Of a stretch of 64,000 nt of DNA, positions 19,203 through 28,713 are shown piece after piece. The DNA is taken from positions 128,001 through 192,000 of the forward strand of contig CAXXTU010000002.1 of the NCBI GenBank assembly GCA_963662655.2. The letters run 5' to 3'. Every line of letters starts with the position of its first letter. The stretch's first letter is position 1. This stretch comes from Candidatus Cloacimonadales bacterium (GTDB lineage Bacteria; Cloacimonadota; Cloacimonadia; Cloacimonadales; JAIOQZ01). Position numbers and translations under genes: made by a program. A model generated the notes under the pieces. That model was not told where the DNA came from. It searched no databases and saw only the letters and a list, made by a program, of their open reading frames with translations.

Positions 19203-20547
19203 GAAAGTACATTTCGTTGGAATCGGAGGCATCGGCATGAGCGGAATCGCCGAGCTTCTGCACAATCAGGGTTTTGAAATAACCGGATCCGACATGCGCG
19301 ATTCCGAGATGACTCGCCACTTGAGCGAGATCGGAATCGGCGTGAGGATCGGGCACGATCCCGACGTCGTTATCGACGCGGACGTGGTGGTTAAGTCCTC
19401 CGCCGTGACGAACGACAATCCCGAAATCCAAAGTGCAATGTCCCGCAAGATTCCGGTGATTCGGCGAGCCGAGATGCTGGCGGAGATTACCCGCATGAGC
19501 TATGGAATCGGCATCGCGGGTACGCATGGTAAAACCACCACCACCTCGATGGTGGGACTGGTTCTCAAGGCTGCCGGACTCGATCCGACGATCATCGTCG
19601 GCGGCAAGGTGAAGAATTTCGGTTCGAACAATCTCCTGGGTGACGGCAGGTACATCGTGGTGGAAGCGGACGAGTTCGATCAATCGTTCCTCTCGCTCAC
19701 GCCGATCATTGCCGGTGTCACCAACATCGACGCGGATCATCTCGACTGCTATCCCGATCTGGACGGCATCAAGAGCGCGTTCGTGCAATACGCCAACAAG
19801 GTCCCGTTCTTCGGCAGCATCGTTGCCTGCCTGGATGATCCGGGTGTGCAAGCGGTTCTGCCCAAGCTGCATAAAAAAGTGATCACGTATGGACTTTCCC
19901 GCCAGGCGGACGTCCGGGCGATGAACATAGAGATGAAGGATTTCAAGTCGTCGTACGACGTGGTTTTCAAGGGATACACGCTCGGGCGTGTGGAGCTTCA
20001 GGTTCCGGGGAATCACAACATTCTCAATTCCCTGATGGCGGTTGCCATTGCGCTGGACCTGAATCTGGCGTTCGACTCGATTCAGAAGGGGCTGGCGGAT
20101 TACAATGGCGTGTTTCGCAGATTCGAGTATAAAGGCGAGAAGGACGGCGTGCTTGTTTACGACGATTACGCGCATCATCCCACCGAAATCGAAGCGACGC
20201 TGAAGGGAATCCGCGCAAACACCGATCGCAGACTGGTGGTCGCGTTCCAGCCACACCTCTTCTCGAGGACGCGGGATTTCCACCGCGAGTTCGGGAGATC
20301 GTTCTTCCAGTCGGATGTCCTGCTGATCGCGCCGATCTATCCGGCACGCGAAAAGCCCATCGAGGGCGTCACCGGAAAATTGATCGCCAATGCCGCGATT
20401 CAATCGGGACACAAGAATGTGCATTATATCGAAAATAATGAAGAGATCGTTGCGGCGATGAAGAACATCGTGAAGAAGGACGACATCCTCATCACGATGG
20501 GCGCCGGCTCGATCTGGCAATATGGCGAAGATTTTTTAAAAGGCTGA
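19186..20547 (+). CDS. murC: UDP-MurNAc--L-alanine ligase
   Basis: GIGGIGMSG, RRAEML, GTHGKTTTT, EADE, DDYAHHPTE, FQPH, MGAG. Start is 19186 or 19177. Confidence 0.97.
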   Translation: MFGSTKKVHFVGIGGIGMSGIAELLHNQGFEITGSDMRDSEMTRHLSEIGIGVRIGHDPDVVIDADVVVKSSAVTNDNPEIQSAMSRKIPVIRRAEMLAEITRMSYGIGIAGTHGKTTTTSMVGLVLKAAGLDPTIIVGGKVKNFGSNNLLGDGRYIVVEADEFDQSFLSLTPIIAGVTNIDADHLDCYPDLDGIKSAFVQYANKVPFFGSIVACLDDPGVQAVLPKLHKKVITYGLSRQADVRAMNIEMKDFKSSYDVVFKGYTLGRVELQVPGNHNILNSLMAVAIALDLNLAFDSIQKGLADYNGVFRRFEYKGEKDGVLVYDDYAHHPTEIEATLKGIRANTDRRLVVAFQPHLFSRTRDFHREFGRSFFQSDVLLIAPIYPAREKPIEGVTGKLIANAAIQSGHKNVHYIENNEEIVAAMKNIVKKDDILITMGAGSIWQYGEDFLKG

Positions 20548-20550
20548 TTC

Positions 20551-21417
20551 ATGGATGTGAAACAGGTTCTGGACAGGGTAACGCTCGATGATGTGCAACT
20601 GCGGGATTATTCCCACATCTGCATCGGGGGAAGCGCGCGAAGAATTCTTGCGCCCCAATCGATCGACGAGCTGCGTGTCATCATGCCCTGGCTGAGCGAG
20701 CGAGGCTATCTGGCTGTCGGCGGCGCTTCGAACCTGTTGTTTCCCGATTACTACGACGGCTACGTTCTCCTGGACGAGAGGCTTCCGCGGAATGTCGCTT
20801 TCGAGAACGGCGTGGTGAACGTTACGGCAAACACGAACGTGAACGTCATGCTGATGAAGCTTTCCCTGGTACATGCGGGTGGTTTCGAGTTTCTTGCGGG
20901 GATTCCCGCTCACATCGGTGGGGTTGTTAAAATGAACGCCGGTGCCTACGGGAGATCGATCCAGTCGCTGATTCACTCCATCGAGGTGATCGACGCCGAT
21001 GGAAAGCGCGGCATCCTTGCTGTCGACGAGGTGCGCTTCGGCTACAGAACGTCTTCGCTGACGGAGTACATCGTATCGGTGAACATGCTCCCCGAGGAGA
21101 AAGATCATAACATGATTCTGGACGATGTTCGAAGAAATATCGCCTCCAGAAGGGCGTCGCAACCGCTCCAGCTTCCCAACCTGGGTTGCATTTTCAAGAA
21201 TCCGCCTTATGAATCGGCGGGAAAGCTGATCGACGAGTGCGGATTGAAGGGCCACCGGATCGGTGACGCGATGGTGAGCGACGTCCATGCGAATTTTATC
21301 GTGAACATGGGAAAGGCCAATTACGCCGACGTGATGAAGCTGATCGACCATATTCGTGAAGTCGTGAGCAGCGAACGGGGAATTGAATTGGAACTTGAGA
21401 TAGAGGTTGTAAGATAA
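20551..21417 (+). CDS. murB: UDP-N-acetylenolpyruvoylglucosamine reductase
   Basis: GGASNLL, GIP, MNAGAYG, FGYRTS, GCIFKNP, HANFIVN, LELE. Confidence 0.95.
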   Translation: MDVKQVLDRVTLDDVQLRDYSHICIGGSARRILAPQSIDELRVIMPWLSERGYLAVGGASNLLFPDYYDGYVLLDERLPRNVAFENGVVNVTANTNVNVMLMKLSLVHAGGFEFLAGIPAHIGGVVKMNAGAYGRSIQSLIHSIEVIDADGKRGILAVDEVRFGYRTSSLTEYIVSVNMLPEEKDHNMILDDVRRNIASRRASQPLQLPNLGCIFKNPPYESAGKLIDECGLKGHRIGDAMVSDVHANFIVNMGKANYADVMKLIDHIREVVSSERGIELELEIEVVR

Positions 21418-22166
21418 TGAGAAGAAAACGCCGAGGCAACAGCCGGTATTTCATCGCTTTTTTAATCGGAATGGTATTCGTGGGCATCTTGTTCTTTGTA
21501 GCGCATTACTTTTTCCGGTCGATGGAGTTTTTCAACATCGACAAGATCGAGATCGCCGGTTACCAGAATCTCGGGAAGGATTTCTACGAGGATCTGGCGA
21601 AGGAATACTACGGGATCAATCTGTTTTCGATCAGCAAGGACGAAATTATCGCCAAGTACGAGAACATCGTGCGGGTGAGAAACGTGAGCGTATCACGGGT
21701 GCTTCCCGGCAAGCTGAAAATCACGATTGAAGAGCGTCTTGCCGTGCTGCACATCAAGACTTCCGACGGCGTTCTGTTTCCTGTCGACCGCGAGATGATC
21801 GTGCTGGACAGCGAGGGATCGTATATAGCTGAAGATACCCCCATCGTGAGCCTTGACATCCCATCCGGCAGTATTCAACTTGGCGATGAACTGAACAACG
21901 ATCTGCTGATGCGGATTTTCACGCTTCACACGAAAATCAGCGGAATGAGTAGCGATATCGCGCTCATGATTTCGGAGTATTATTTGCAGGACGGCGAGAT
22001 TTGCCTCGTGGAGGCGTCCTCAGGCTGTCTTGTCTACTTGGGAGAAGGTCAACTCGAAGAAAAATTGCATCGGCTTGAATTCTTCGGTGATAATAAAGGT
22101 TTTATGGACAATACGGTTCTGGACCTGCGATACAAGGACCAGATCGTTGCGAGAATGGGGGACTGA
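21417..22166 (+). CDS. ftsQ: Cell division protein FtsQ/DivIB
   Basis: Basic N-terminus, one TM, POTRA region (RVLPGKLKITIEER), C-terminal LDLRY. Confidence 0.85.
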   Translation: MRRKRRGNSRYFIAFLIGMVFVGILFFVAHYFFRSMEFFNIDKIEIAGYQNLGKDFYEDLAKEYYGINLFSISKDEIIAKYENIVRVRNVSVSRVLPGKLKITIEERLAVLHIKTSDGVLFPVDREMIVLDSEGSYIAEDTPIVSLDIPSGSIQLGDELNNDLLMRIFTLHTKISGMSSDIALMISEYYLQDGEICLVEASSGCLVYLGEGQLEEKLHRLEFFGDNKGFMDNTVLDLRYKDQIVARMGD

Positions 22167-23446
22167 TGAAAGTACCGACATCGATAACAGCGCTGGACAT
22201 CGGCACAACCAAGATTTGTGCAATTATAGCCGTTCCCAGAGGCAAGGGAGAGCTTGAAGTCAAAGGAATCGGCATCTCCGAATCGAACGGATTGGAGAAG
22301 GGTATTGTAAAGGACATCCAGCGGACGGCGGACTCGATTAAGCAGGCGATCACCGAAGCGGAAGAGGCTGCGGACATGAAGGCCGGAGCAATTTACGCAG
22401 GGATAGCAGGCGAGCACATCAAGAGCCGCAATGCCATCGGACGAATCTCCGTCTCCGATTCCAGTGGGAAAGATCCGACAGAGATCAACGAAGAGCACAT
22501 CCAGGCTGTGATCAACGACGCCAAGAGGACTGTGAAAATCCAGCAGGGACACGAGAATCTGGAGATCATCCACGGGATCCCGCAGTACTACGATATCGAT
22601 AACCAGAACGGCATTATGAATCCCATCAGCATGAGCGGATTTCATCTGACGGCGCACGTTCACGTGGTTCTGGCCGACATAAACGCCATCCGCAACGTGC
22701 TCAAGTGCATCGAACTCGCCGGATACGAAGCCGACGACATCGTTCTCGAACCGCTCGCTTCCGCTATGGCGGTGCTCAACCGCGACGAGAAAGACCTCGG
22801 TTGCATCCTGCTCGATATCGGTGGCGGAACATCAGATATCGCCGTGTTCTACAAGGGGAGCATCCGCTTCAGCACCGTGAAGCCCATTGGTGGGGAGAAT
22901 GTGACCCAGGATCTGGCTATCGGGCTCCGTACGCCGCTCAAATCGGCAGAGGATATAAAGATCAACTTCGGCGACGCGCTTTCCAATACCGTCGACGAGG
23001 AAGCGATGGTGGAAATCCAGGGAATCGGCGGTCGCAACGGAACGACGAAGAAACTGAAGTTTATCTCGGAGATCGTGGAATCGCGGATGCGCGAAATTCT
23101 CGAGCTTTCCTATCGAACCGTATTCAACAGTTACAACGAGAATTTGATGACTGCCGGCGTGGTAATCACGGGTGGCGCTGCGCTGCTCCGGAACATGGAA
23201 CAATTAGCGCTGGAAATCTTCAACGTTCCGGTGAAGATCGGCTATCCCGATCTCTCCCGGCTGAGCGGTCCCACGGCGAGGCTCGAATCTCCGATGTTCT
23301 CGACGAGCGTGGGGCTCTTGTACTATGCCGCCAGCCTGATGCCGCAGGACAAGCCGCTCAATTCGCGGAAGGTAACGAGCTTCAATCAGCAGATTCTCAA
23401 GACGATCAAGAAGTTGTATCAGAAATTTTACGATGACTTTGCTTAA
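22166..23446 (+). CDS. ftsA: Cell division protein FtsA
   Basis: LDIGTTKI, LEPLASA, DIGGGTSD, AEDIK, VITGGAA. Confidence 0.96.
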   Translation: MKVPTSITALDIGTTKICAIIAVPRGKGELEVKGIGISESNGLEKGIVKDIQRTADSIKQAITEAEEAADMKAGAIYAGIAGEHIKSRNAIGRISVSDSSGKDPTEINEEHIQAVINDAKRTVKIQQGHENLEIIHGIPQYYDIDNQNGIMNPISMSGFHLTAHVHVVLADINAIRNVLKCIELAGYEADDIVLEPLASAMAVLNRDEKDLGCILLDIGGGTSDIAVFYKGSIRFSTVKPIGGENVTQDLAIGLRTPLKSAEDIKINFGDALSNTVDEEAMVEIQGIGGRNGTTKKLKFISEIVESRMREILELSYRTVFNSYNENLMTAGVVITGGAALLRNMEQLALEIFNVPVKIGYPDLSRLSGPTARLESPMFSTSVGLLYYAASLMPQDKPLNSRKVTSFNQQILKTIKKLYQKFYDDFA

Positions 23447-23471
23447 CAGTAAATAAATACAGGGGGTTACT

Positions 23472-24650
23472 ATGCTCGAACTTGCTATGGACAAATCGGC
23501 CGACACCATTATCAAGATCGTGGGCGTTGGCGGAGGCGGCGGAAACGCCATTAACACCATGATCAACAACGGACTGACAGGCGTTGAATTCATCGCCGCG
23601 AACACGGACGGAAAGGATCTTCGAAAATCGAAAGCGCCCATCAAAATCCAGCTTGGGCAGAAGAAAACACAGGGCCTCGGAACCGGTGCGAATCCTTCCA
23701 TCGGCGAGGAATCCGCGATAGAATCGACCGACGAGATTCGCAAAGCGCTCCAGGGCTCGGAAATGCTTTTTATCGCTGCCGGAATGGGTGGTGGAACAGG
23801 AACCGGAGGAGCTCCGGTGATTGCTTCAATAGCGCGTGAGATGGGTATTCTCACGATGGGAATCGTTACGCGCCCGTTCAGCTTTGAAGGTACGCACCGC
23901 AAGAAAAACGCGGACGGCGGCATCATGAAGCTCAGAGAAAACGTCGATACACTGATCGTGATCCCCAACGAGAAGCTGCGTGAGATTTACAAGGACATGG
24001 CGATTCTGGAGGCATTCCAGAAAGCGGACAACGTTCTTTCCGACGCAGCCAAGGCCGTATCCGACATCATCAACCTCAGCGGTTACATCAGTGTCGATTT
24101 CTCCGACGTGAAGACCGTTATGGCGAACATGGGTTACGCCCTCATGGGAACCGGTATCGCCGATGGTGAAAACCGCGCTGTGAACGCAGCCAAGGCCGCT
24201 ATCGCCAATCCGCTTCTCAGCGATATCACGCTGGACGGTTGCAAGGCGACCCTCATCAACGTCACCGCCGGCTACGACATGAAGATGTCCGAGTTCGACG
24301 AAGTATCGCAGGTGATCATCAACGAAACCGGCGAGAACGCGAACATCATCATGGGTCTGGTTATCGACGAGAAGATGACCGACAAGCTGAGTGTGACCAT
24401 CATCGCTACCGGTCTCAGCAACGAATCGGAATTCGGAATTGGCGAATCGGCTGCCGTGAAAGAGATGCCGAAGATTCAAGCCAAGACGGAAGAAGAGAAG
24501 AACGAGCAGCTCGACATCATTTTTGACCGCATCCGCCAGGCGGATTCGGTTGGCCCGGAACTCAAGCGCGATACCGAGAACGAGATGCCGCGTATCCTGA
24601 ACCGTGAGAAGATAGACATTCCTGCATTCATGAGGAAGTTCACCGATTAA
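23472..24650 (+). CDS. ftsZ: Cell division protein FtsZ
   Basis: GVGGGGGN, GMGGGTGTG tubulin motif, PFSFEG, C-terminal DIPAFMRK core. Confidence 0.98.
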   Translation: MLELAMDKSADTIIKIVGVGGGGGNAINTMINNGLTGVEFIAANTDGKDLRKSKAPIKIQLGQKKTQGLGTGANPSIGEESAIESTDEIRKALQGSEMLFIAAGMGGGTGTGGAPVIASIAREMGILTMGIVTRPFSFEGTHRKKNADGGIMKLRENVDTLIVIPNEKLREIYKDMAILEAFQKADNVLSDAAKAVSDIINLSGYISVDFSDVKTVMANMGYALMGTGIADGENRAVNAAKAAIANPLLSDITLDGCKATLINVTAGYDMKMSEFDEVSQVIINETGENANIIMGLVIDEKMTDKLSVTIIATGLSNESEFGIGESAAVKEMPKIQAKTEEEKNEQLDIIFDRIRQADSVGPELKRDTENEMPRILNREKIDIPAFMRKFTD

Positions 24651-24666
24651 TATACGGAGGATTGCG

Positions 24667-24777
24667 ATGCTCAGGAAAATCCTTATCTTGTTAGGGATAA
24701 TCGTGGCCTTCAATATGATTATCATACGTAAGAAGAGCGGGATCAATATCTCGTTCGAACATATACCATCCGAATAG
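24667..24777 (+). CDS. Putative 36-aa single-TM small protein
   Basis: GGAGG RBS at 24656-24660, ATG 24667, TAG 24775-24777; MLRKILILLGIIVAFNMIIIRKKSGINISFEHIPSE. Below the ORF-track cutoff. Confidence 0.55.
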   Translation: MLRKILILLGIIVAFNMIIIRKKSGINISFEHIPSE

Positions 24778-24800
24778 GTTTCAAACTCGGGAGACTGGAT

Positions 24801-25151
24801 ATGAGAAAATTCATGATCAAGGTTCTTGTGATGATGGTGGCGATATATCTGGTTGGGAAGTTCACCAATCTGTATTATATCGGCAACTGGATACCTGCGT
24901 TGTTTGCGGCATTTGTACTCGCGATCGCGAACGCAATCGTAAGGCCCATCATCATTTTGTTGACATTACCCGTGACAATCGTTACCTTAGGTATATTCCT
25001 GTTGTTCATCAACGGCCTGATGCTGATGCTCGCTGCGGCGATTGTGCCGTCGTTTCAAACGTACGGCTGGTTTTCTTCAACGCTGGCTGCATTGATCATT
25101 ACCATCATCAGCGCCGTGATAAACTCATTGATTAAGCCCAGGGAGCAATAA
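24801..25151 (+). CDS. 4-TM phage-holin-like membrane protein (YvlD-like family)
   Basis: NAIVRPIIILLTLPVTIVTLGIFLLFING signature; four hydrophobic segments. Confidence 0.88.
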   Translation: MRKFMIKVLVMMVAIYLVGKFTNLYYIGNWIPALFAAFVLAIANAIVRPIIILLTLPVTIVTLGIFLLFINGLMLMLAAAIVPSFQTYGWFSSTLAALIITIISAVINSLIKPREQ

Positions 25152-25155
25152 TTTC

Positions 25156-25632
25156 ATGCAAAGTGGTTTACCGGACAACGGTTACTTGATGAGGCCGGGA
25201 TATGCTGTGGTAACCCCCAAACCGCATATCATCTACGGCGTTCTTGGTTCTGCGATGTTCGTTGCATTGTGGGACGAGAAGAAAAAGTATTCCGGGTGCT
25301 GCATGTTTCAGTACGCGAAATCCGCGACGCGTAAGTCGGGCATGTTCGGAGATGTGGCGATACCCAAGCTGGTTAAAACCATGGAGATGGAAGGTTCCTC
25401 GCTCAATGATCTGAAGGCTCACATGCTCGGAGGAGGAGTAAACAGCGAAAGCGGTTGCGGCACTGAGAATCTCATGATCGCCGAAGATATCCTCAAGCGT
25501 TATCAGATAGAGATCATCACCCACGATACGGGTGGGAAACTGGGCAGGAAATTCGTGTATCACACCGAATCGGGTGAAAGCGTTTGCATGAAGGTGCACA
25601 AGATCAGAAAGAAAGACTGGTTTCCTTACTAA
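25156..25632 (+). CDS. cheD: CheD-family protein, catalytic residues apparently substituted
   Basis: PGY...VLGS, LKAHMLGG, GTEN, DTGGKLGRK...TESG fold motifs; LGSA in place of LGSC. Confidence 0.75.
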   Translation: MQSGLPDNGYLMRPGYAVVTPKPHIIYGVLGSAMFVALWDEKKKYSGCCMFQYAKSATRKSGMFGDVAIPKLVKTMEMEGSSLNDLKAHMLGGGVNSESGCGTENLMIAEDILKRYQIEIITHDTGGKLGRKFVYHTESGESVCMKVHKIRKKDWFPY

Positions 25633-25657
25633 CATACCTTTCAATAACCATTTTCTG

Positions 25658-25690
25658 AAGCCGGGTTGTAGCGACCCGGCTTTCTCTTTT
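25658..25690 (+). terminator. Rho-independent terminator
   Basis: AAGCCGGGTTG-TAG-CGACCCGGCTT followed by TCTCTTTT, just after cheD. Confidence 0.75.
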
Positions 25691-25730
25691 CCACGGTCCC
25701 GCACACAAGAATTGTGTCGTTCGCATTCCC

Positions 25731-25851
25731 GCGCTCGGGGGCGGCGTAGGAAGTCCGGAGGACTTCCTGATTCAGCCGATCCATTTCAAACGTACTGTTA
25801 GAAATGGATCGGCTGAATCGTGCGCGGAGCGCACACGCCGCCCCCGGGCGC
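25731..25851 (+). repeat. Cloverleaf (four-way junction) palindromic element, copy A
   Basis: 17-bp closing stem plus hairpins of 9, 19 and 6 bp with no unpaired bases at the junction. Confidence 0.85.
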
Positions 25852-25920
25852 TGAGACGGATGGCGGACTTGAGCTATCGCTACGATGAGCGTGGTTCCAT
25901 AGGGGAGAAACGGCGGAGAA

Positions 25921-26499
25921 CTAGGGTTTGAGGAGCTTCTGCCAGTCAACCGGGCCTTTCACGAATCGATCGACAAGCATCTGGTAGGCCTGTGTGTTGC
26001 CCTCTTCAAAGAACTTGAGAACGTTGTCCCACTCCTGGCCAGAAAGAAATCCTGTTTCGTAGGCAGTTAGCAGCGTATGGCTTTCGTCGATCAGGTTGAA
26101 CTCGACGATGGTGTACATGTTGGCCGAAGCCTTCTGGACGCTTTCGGGAAACCCTTTTCCAAGCGGTGATTGCAACGTTATCATCTTCCACGGGATGAAG
26201 TTGACGATGAAATTTATGACCGTGCCGGCGTCTCCGATCTCACCATCGAGATCGTACCGGCTTTTCAAGGTTCCTCCGCTCCGGAAATCGATTTCGCATT
26301 TCGGAACCGCCCATGTTTCGAGCCCTTCTTTCGTCGTATAAGCTTCCCAAACATCCTCGAAGGGTGCCGGAACCACCACTTCGTGGATCAAGACACGCTC
26401 TCCGTTCTCGTGCGTTATTACACGCACTTCCACGTCCTGCGCAAAGCCCGGAATGATGGCAAGCAATGCGAATAGGATAGCGATTACGTTTTTCCTCAT
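25921..26499 (-). CDS. Secreted SRPBCC/AHSA1-like (START fold) protein
   Basis: Signal peptide; EVVVPAPFEDVWEAYTTKEGLETW...IDFRSGG pattern; C-terminal helix. Confidence 0.8.
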   Translation of the reverse strand: MRKNVIAILFALLAIIPGFAQDVEVRVITHENGERVLIHEVVVPAPFEDVWEAYTTKEGLETWAVPKCEIDFRSGGTLKSRYDLDGEIGDAGTVINFIVNFIPWKMITLQSPLGKGFPESVQKASANMYTIVEFNLIDESHTLLTAYETGFLSGQEWDNVLKFFEEGNTQAYQMLVDRFVKGPVDWQKLLKP

Positions 26500-28538
26500 G
26501 ATTGATTCCCCGAAGTTGTGTCGTCGAATTTCACCATGTACTCGTTATCGGCGTATTCATCGTATTCAACGGTCTCGAGATGCTTGAACTGTTCCAGGAT
26601 TTTCTGGATACGCTGTATCGACTTGTTAATGTTGCCGAAATATTGTATCTGCTTCTCGTTGAGCTGCTCGGTGGGTGTGGTCATCTCGAGCATTTCAAGC
26701 GAACCGCGTAAAATCATTAACGGCTGATTGAGCTCGTGATTTGCGGTAACGGCCATAGCAAGAGCGGAAGATTTTCTCTCGAGCTCGAGCTGATTCTTCT
26801 CGCTCTTCTTGCGCATCGTTATATCACGGATACTGGCGATGATCGCTTCCTTTCCCTGATACTCGATGCGACTGAAAACAACCTCGGAATCGAAGATATT
26901 CTTTCCCGAAGGATCGCAGGATATCCACTCGCGGATGATCGTGTTTCCCTGCAAGACTCTCTCCCAAATCTCGGGAAGCTGGCTCAATGGATTCCGCTTG
27001 TCGGAGAAATCGAACTGGAAATAGGAGGCCAGTGCGCTTTGCTCCGTCGTCTGGAAAAGACTCAGGGCTTGTTTGTTCACGCTGAGGACTTTCCCGTTGC
27101 GGTTCAGAATCATGATTGCGTCGTGGACGCTGTCGAAGATGGATCGAAGCGTGTTCTCGGAGTGGCGCAGGGAATTTCCCATTCGCTCCACCATCTTGAT
27201 CTCGTCCCGCAGCTCCCTTGTACGATCCTCCACAGCTTTTTGAAGCTCCTGTGATGCGGCAAGCTTGCGCCGATACTGGAGGTAGATGAAGAATGAGGTC
27301 AGGAGTACGATAAACAGGCTGGTGGCAACGAGAAACAGTGCCAGATTGCGTCTCTGGAGCTGCATGTTGTTTATTTCCATGTTCTTCTGTACCAGTTCGC
27401 TCTCTCGTGTGCTGTTCTCGATCTCATAGGCTGTGTTCAATTTGGCTATTTGCTCGTTCGCCAACGTAACGGCAAGGCTGTCGTCAAGATTGTTGAATTT
27501 AATGTAATAATCGAGCGCGAGCTTTGGGTTCTTCTGTTTCTGGTATATCTCATAATACATGAAATAGCAATGGCGTACATAACTTCTCGCGACCTGGGTA
27601 TGGATCGGTCTCAGCGCTTCCAAAGCTCGATCGAGATACTCCCGGGAAAGGTTGAGCTTTCCCCAGTTGAAATACAGAACGGCGATGTTTCGTAATGCGC
27701 TTCCATAGAGCTCTCTTCTTCCCGAGTGCTTTCTGATATCGAGAGCTTTCTCGTTATATTTGAGACTGTTGTTGAAGTCCCCTAGCTTGTAGTAGGCGAA
27801 AGCAAGATCGGTGTAGGTATCCGAAATATCCATTCTTCTGTTGAGATTCTCGAATTTCTTCAGCAGGTCTTTGTAGAAAATGACAGCCTTGTAGTATTCT
27901 CCCATGTCGAGATAGGCCTTCCCAATATAGTTAAGGGCATGGTAAACACCATATTGATCTCCCACAGAACGATATAACTGCTCTGCGATACCGTAATAAG
28001 CGATAGCGTGATTGGTCTCGCCCCGGTTCAGATAGGTCTGGGCAATTTCTTGAAAGATATCCGCCCTCTGCTCCGTTTCGCTCTCATCGAGGTAACCGAG
28101 GGCTTTCCTGTAAAACGTCAGGGCCATGCTGTAGTTTTCGACGTAAAAGTATATCTTACCAATGTATTTAATTGTGCTGGCTATTCCTGATGGATTGTCG
28201 ATCTTCTCGTTCAGGTGATAGGACTCGAGAAAATACGACATCGCCTTGTCGAAGTCGCCCAACAGCCGATAGCATTCTCCAATAATGATGAGAGCTTTAA
28301 TCTGCTGATCGATATCCTGCATACGTCTTGCAATACTGAGCGCTCGCTGGCTATACCCCAGTGCGCGAACAGCGTCGAAATCAAACTCCGAATCGAGCAA
28401 ATCCTCGGATGCCTGAAGCAGTTGCTCCGTCTTCTCGGCTTGAGAAAGGTTTTGCAGATTGATTTCAAGACTATCTGCGGATTCCACCCCATATACAAGA
28501 ACTGGGAGAAAAAGCAGAACGATGAGAATTTTTCGCAT
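26496..28538 (-). CDS. Membrane sensor: periplasmic TPR array, TM, PAS, HisKA-like tail without ATPase domain
   Basis: Signal peptide, many TPRs, TM (LALFLVATSLFIVLLTSFFIY), PAS (IFDSVHDAIMIL...IRDITMRK), ANHELNQPL H-box, then ends ~70 aa later. Confidence 0.8.
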   Translation of the reverse strand: MRKILIVLLFLPVLVYGVESADSLEINLQNLSQAEKTEQLLQASEDLLDSEFDFDAVRALGYSQRALSIARRMQDIDQQIKALIIIGECYRLLGDFDKAMSYFLESYHLNEKIDNPSGIASTIKYIGKIYFYVENYSMALTFYRKALGYLDESETEQRADIFQEIAQTYLNRGETNHAIAYYGIAEQLYRSVGDQYGVYHALNYIGKAYLDMGEYYKAVIFYKDLLKKFENLNRRMDISDTYTDLAFAYYKLGDFNNSLKYNEKALDIRKHSGRRELYGSALRNIAVLYFNWGKLNLSREYLDRALEALRPIHTQVARSYVRHCYFMYYEIYQKQKNPKLALDYYIKFNNLDDSLAVTLANEQIAKLNTAYEIENSTRESELVQKNMEINNMQLQRRNLALFLVATSLFIVLLTSFFIYLQYRRKLAASQELQKAVEDRTRELRDEIKMVERMGNSLRHSENTLRSIFDSVHDAIMILNRNGKVLSVNKQALSLFQTTEQSALASYFQFDFSDKRNPLSQLPEIWERVLQGNTIIREWISCDPSGKNIFDSEVVFSRIEYQGKEAIIASIRDITMRKKSEKNQLELERKSSALAMAVTANHELNQPLMILRGSLEMLEMTTPTEQLNEKQIQYFGNINKSIQRIQKILEQFKHLETVEYDEYADNEYMVKFDDTTSGNQS

Positions 28539-28713
28539 AAACAGCCTATAGCAAGACAATAATTTTTTTATTGAACAATGAGTATTTTACTCGAAGAACT
28601 CCATGTCACTTCAAAGACAAAGCTGAAATTCCGACAAATGCTTACTTTGTCAATCGAATTTGATATCGTTGCATTCGAAAAAATTCCGTCTGGCAACGAG
28701 TCCTATCATATCG

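Noticed and set aside
24801..25151. Prophage remnant suggested by the holin-like gene
   Set aside because: This 4-TM family is commonly chromosomal, and no other phage genes are nearby.
25731..25851. Cloverleaf elements as tRNA or tRNA-like genes
   Set aside because: Stems are far too long, loops are 3 nt, and there is no T-loop (GTTCRA), D-loop GG, 7-nt anticodon loop or CCA end.
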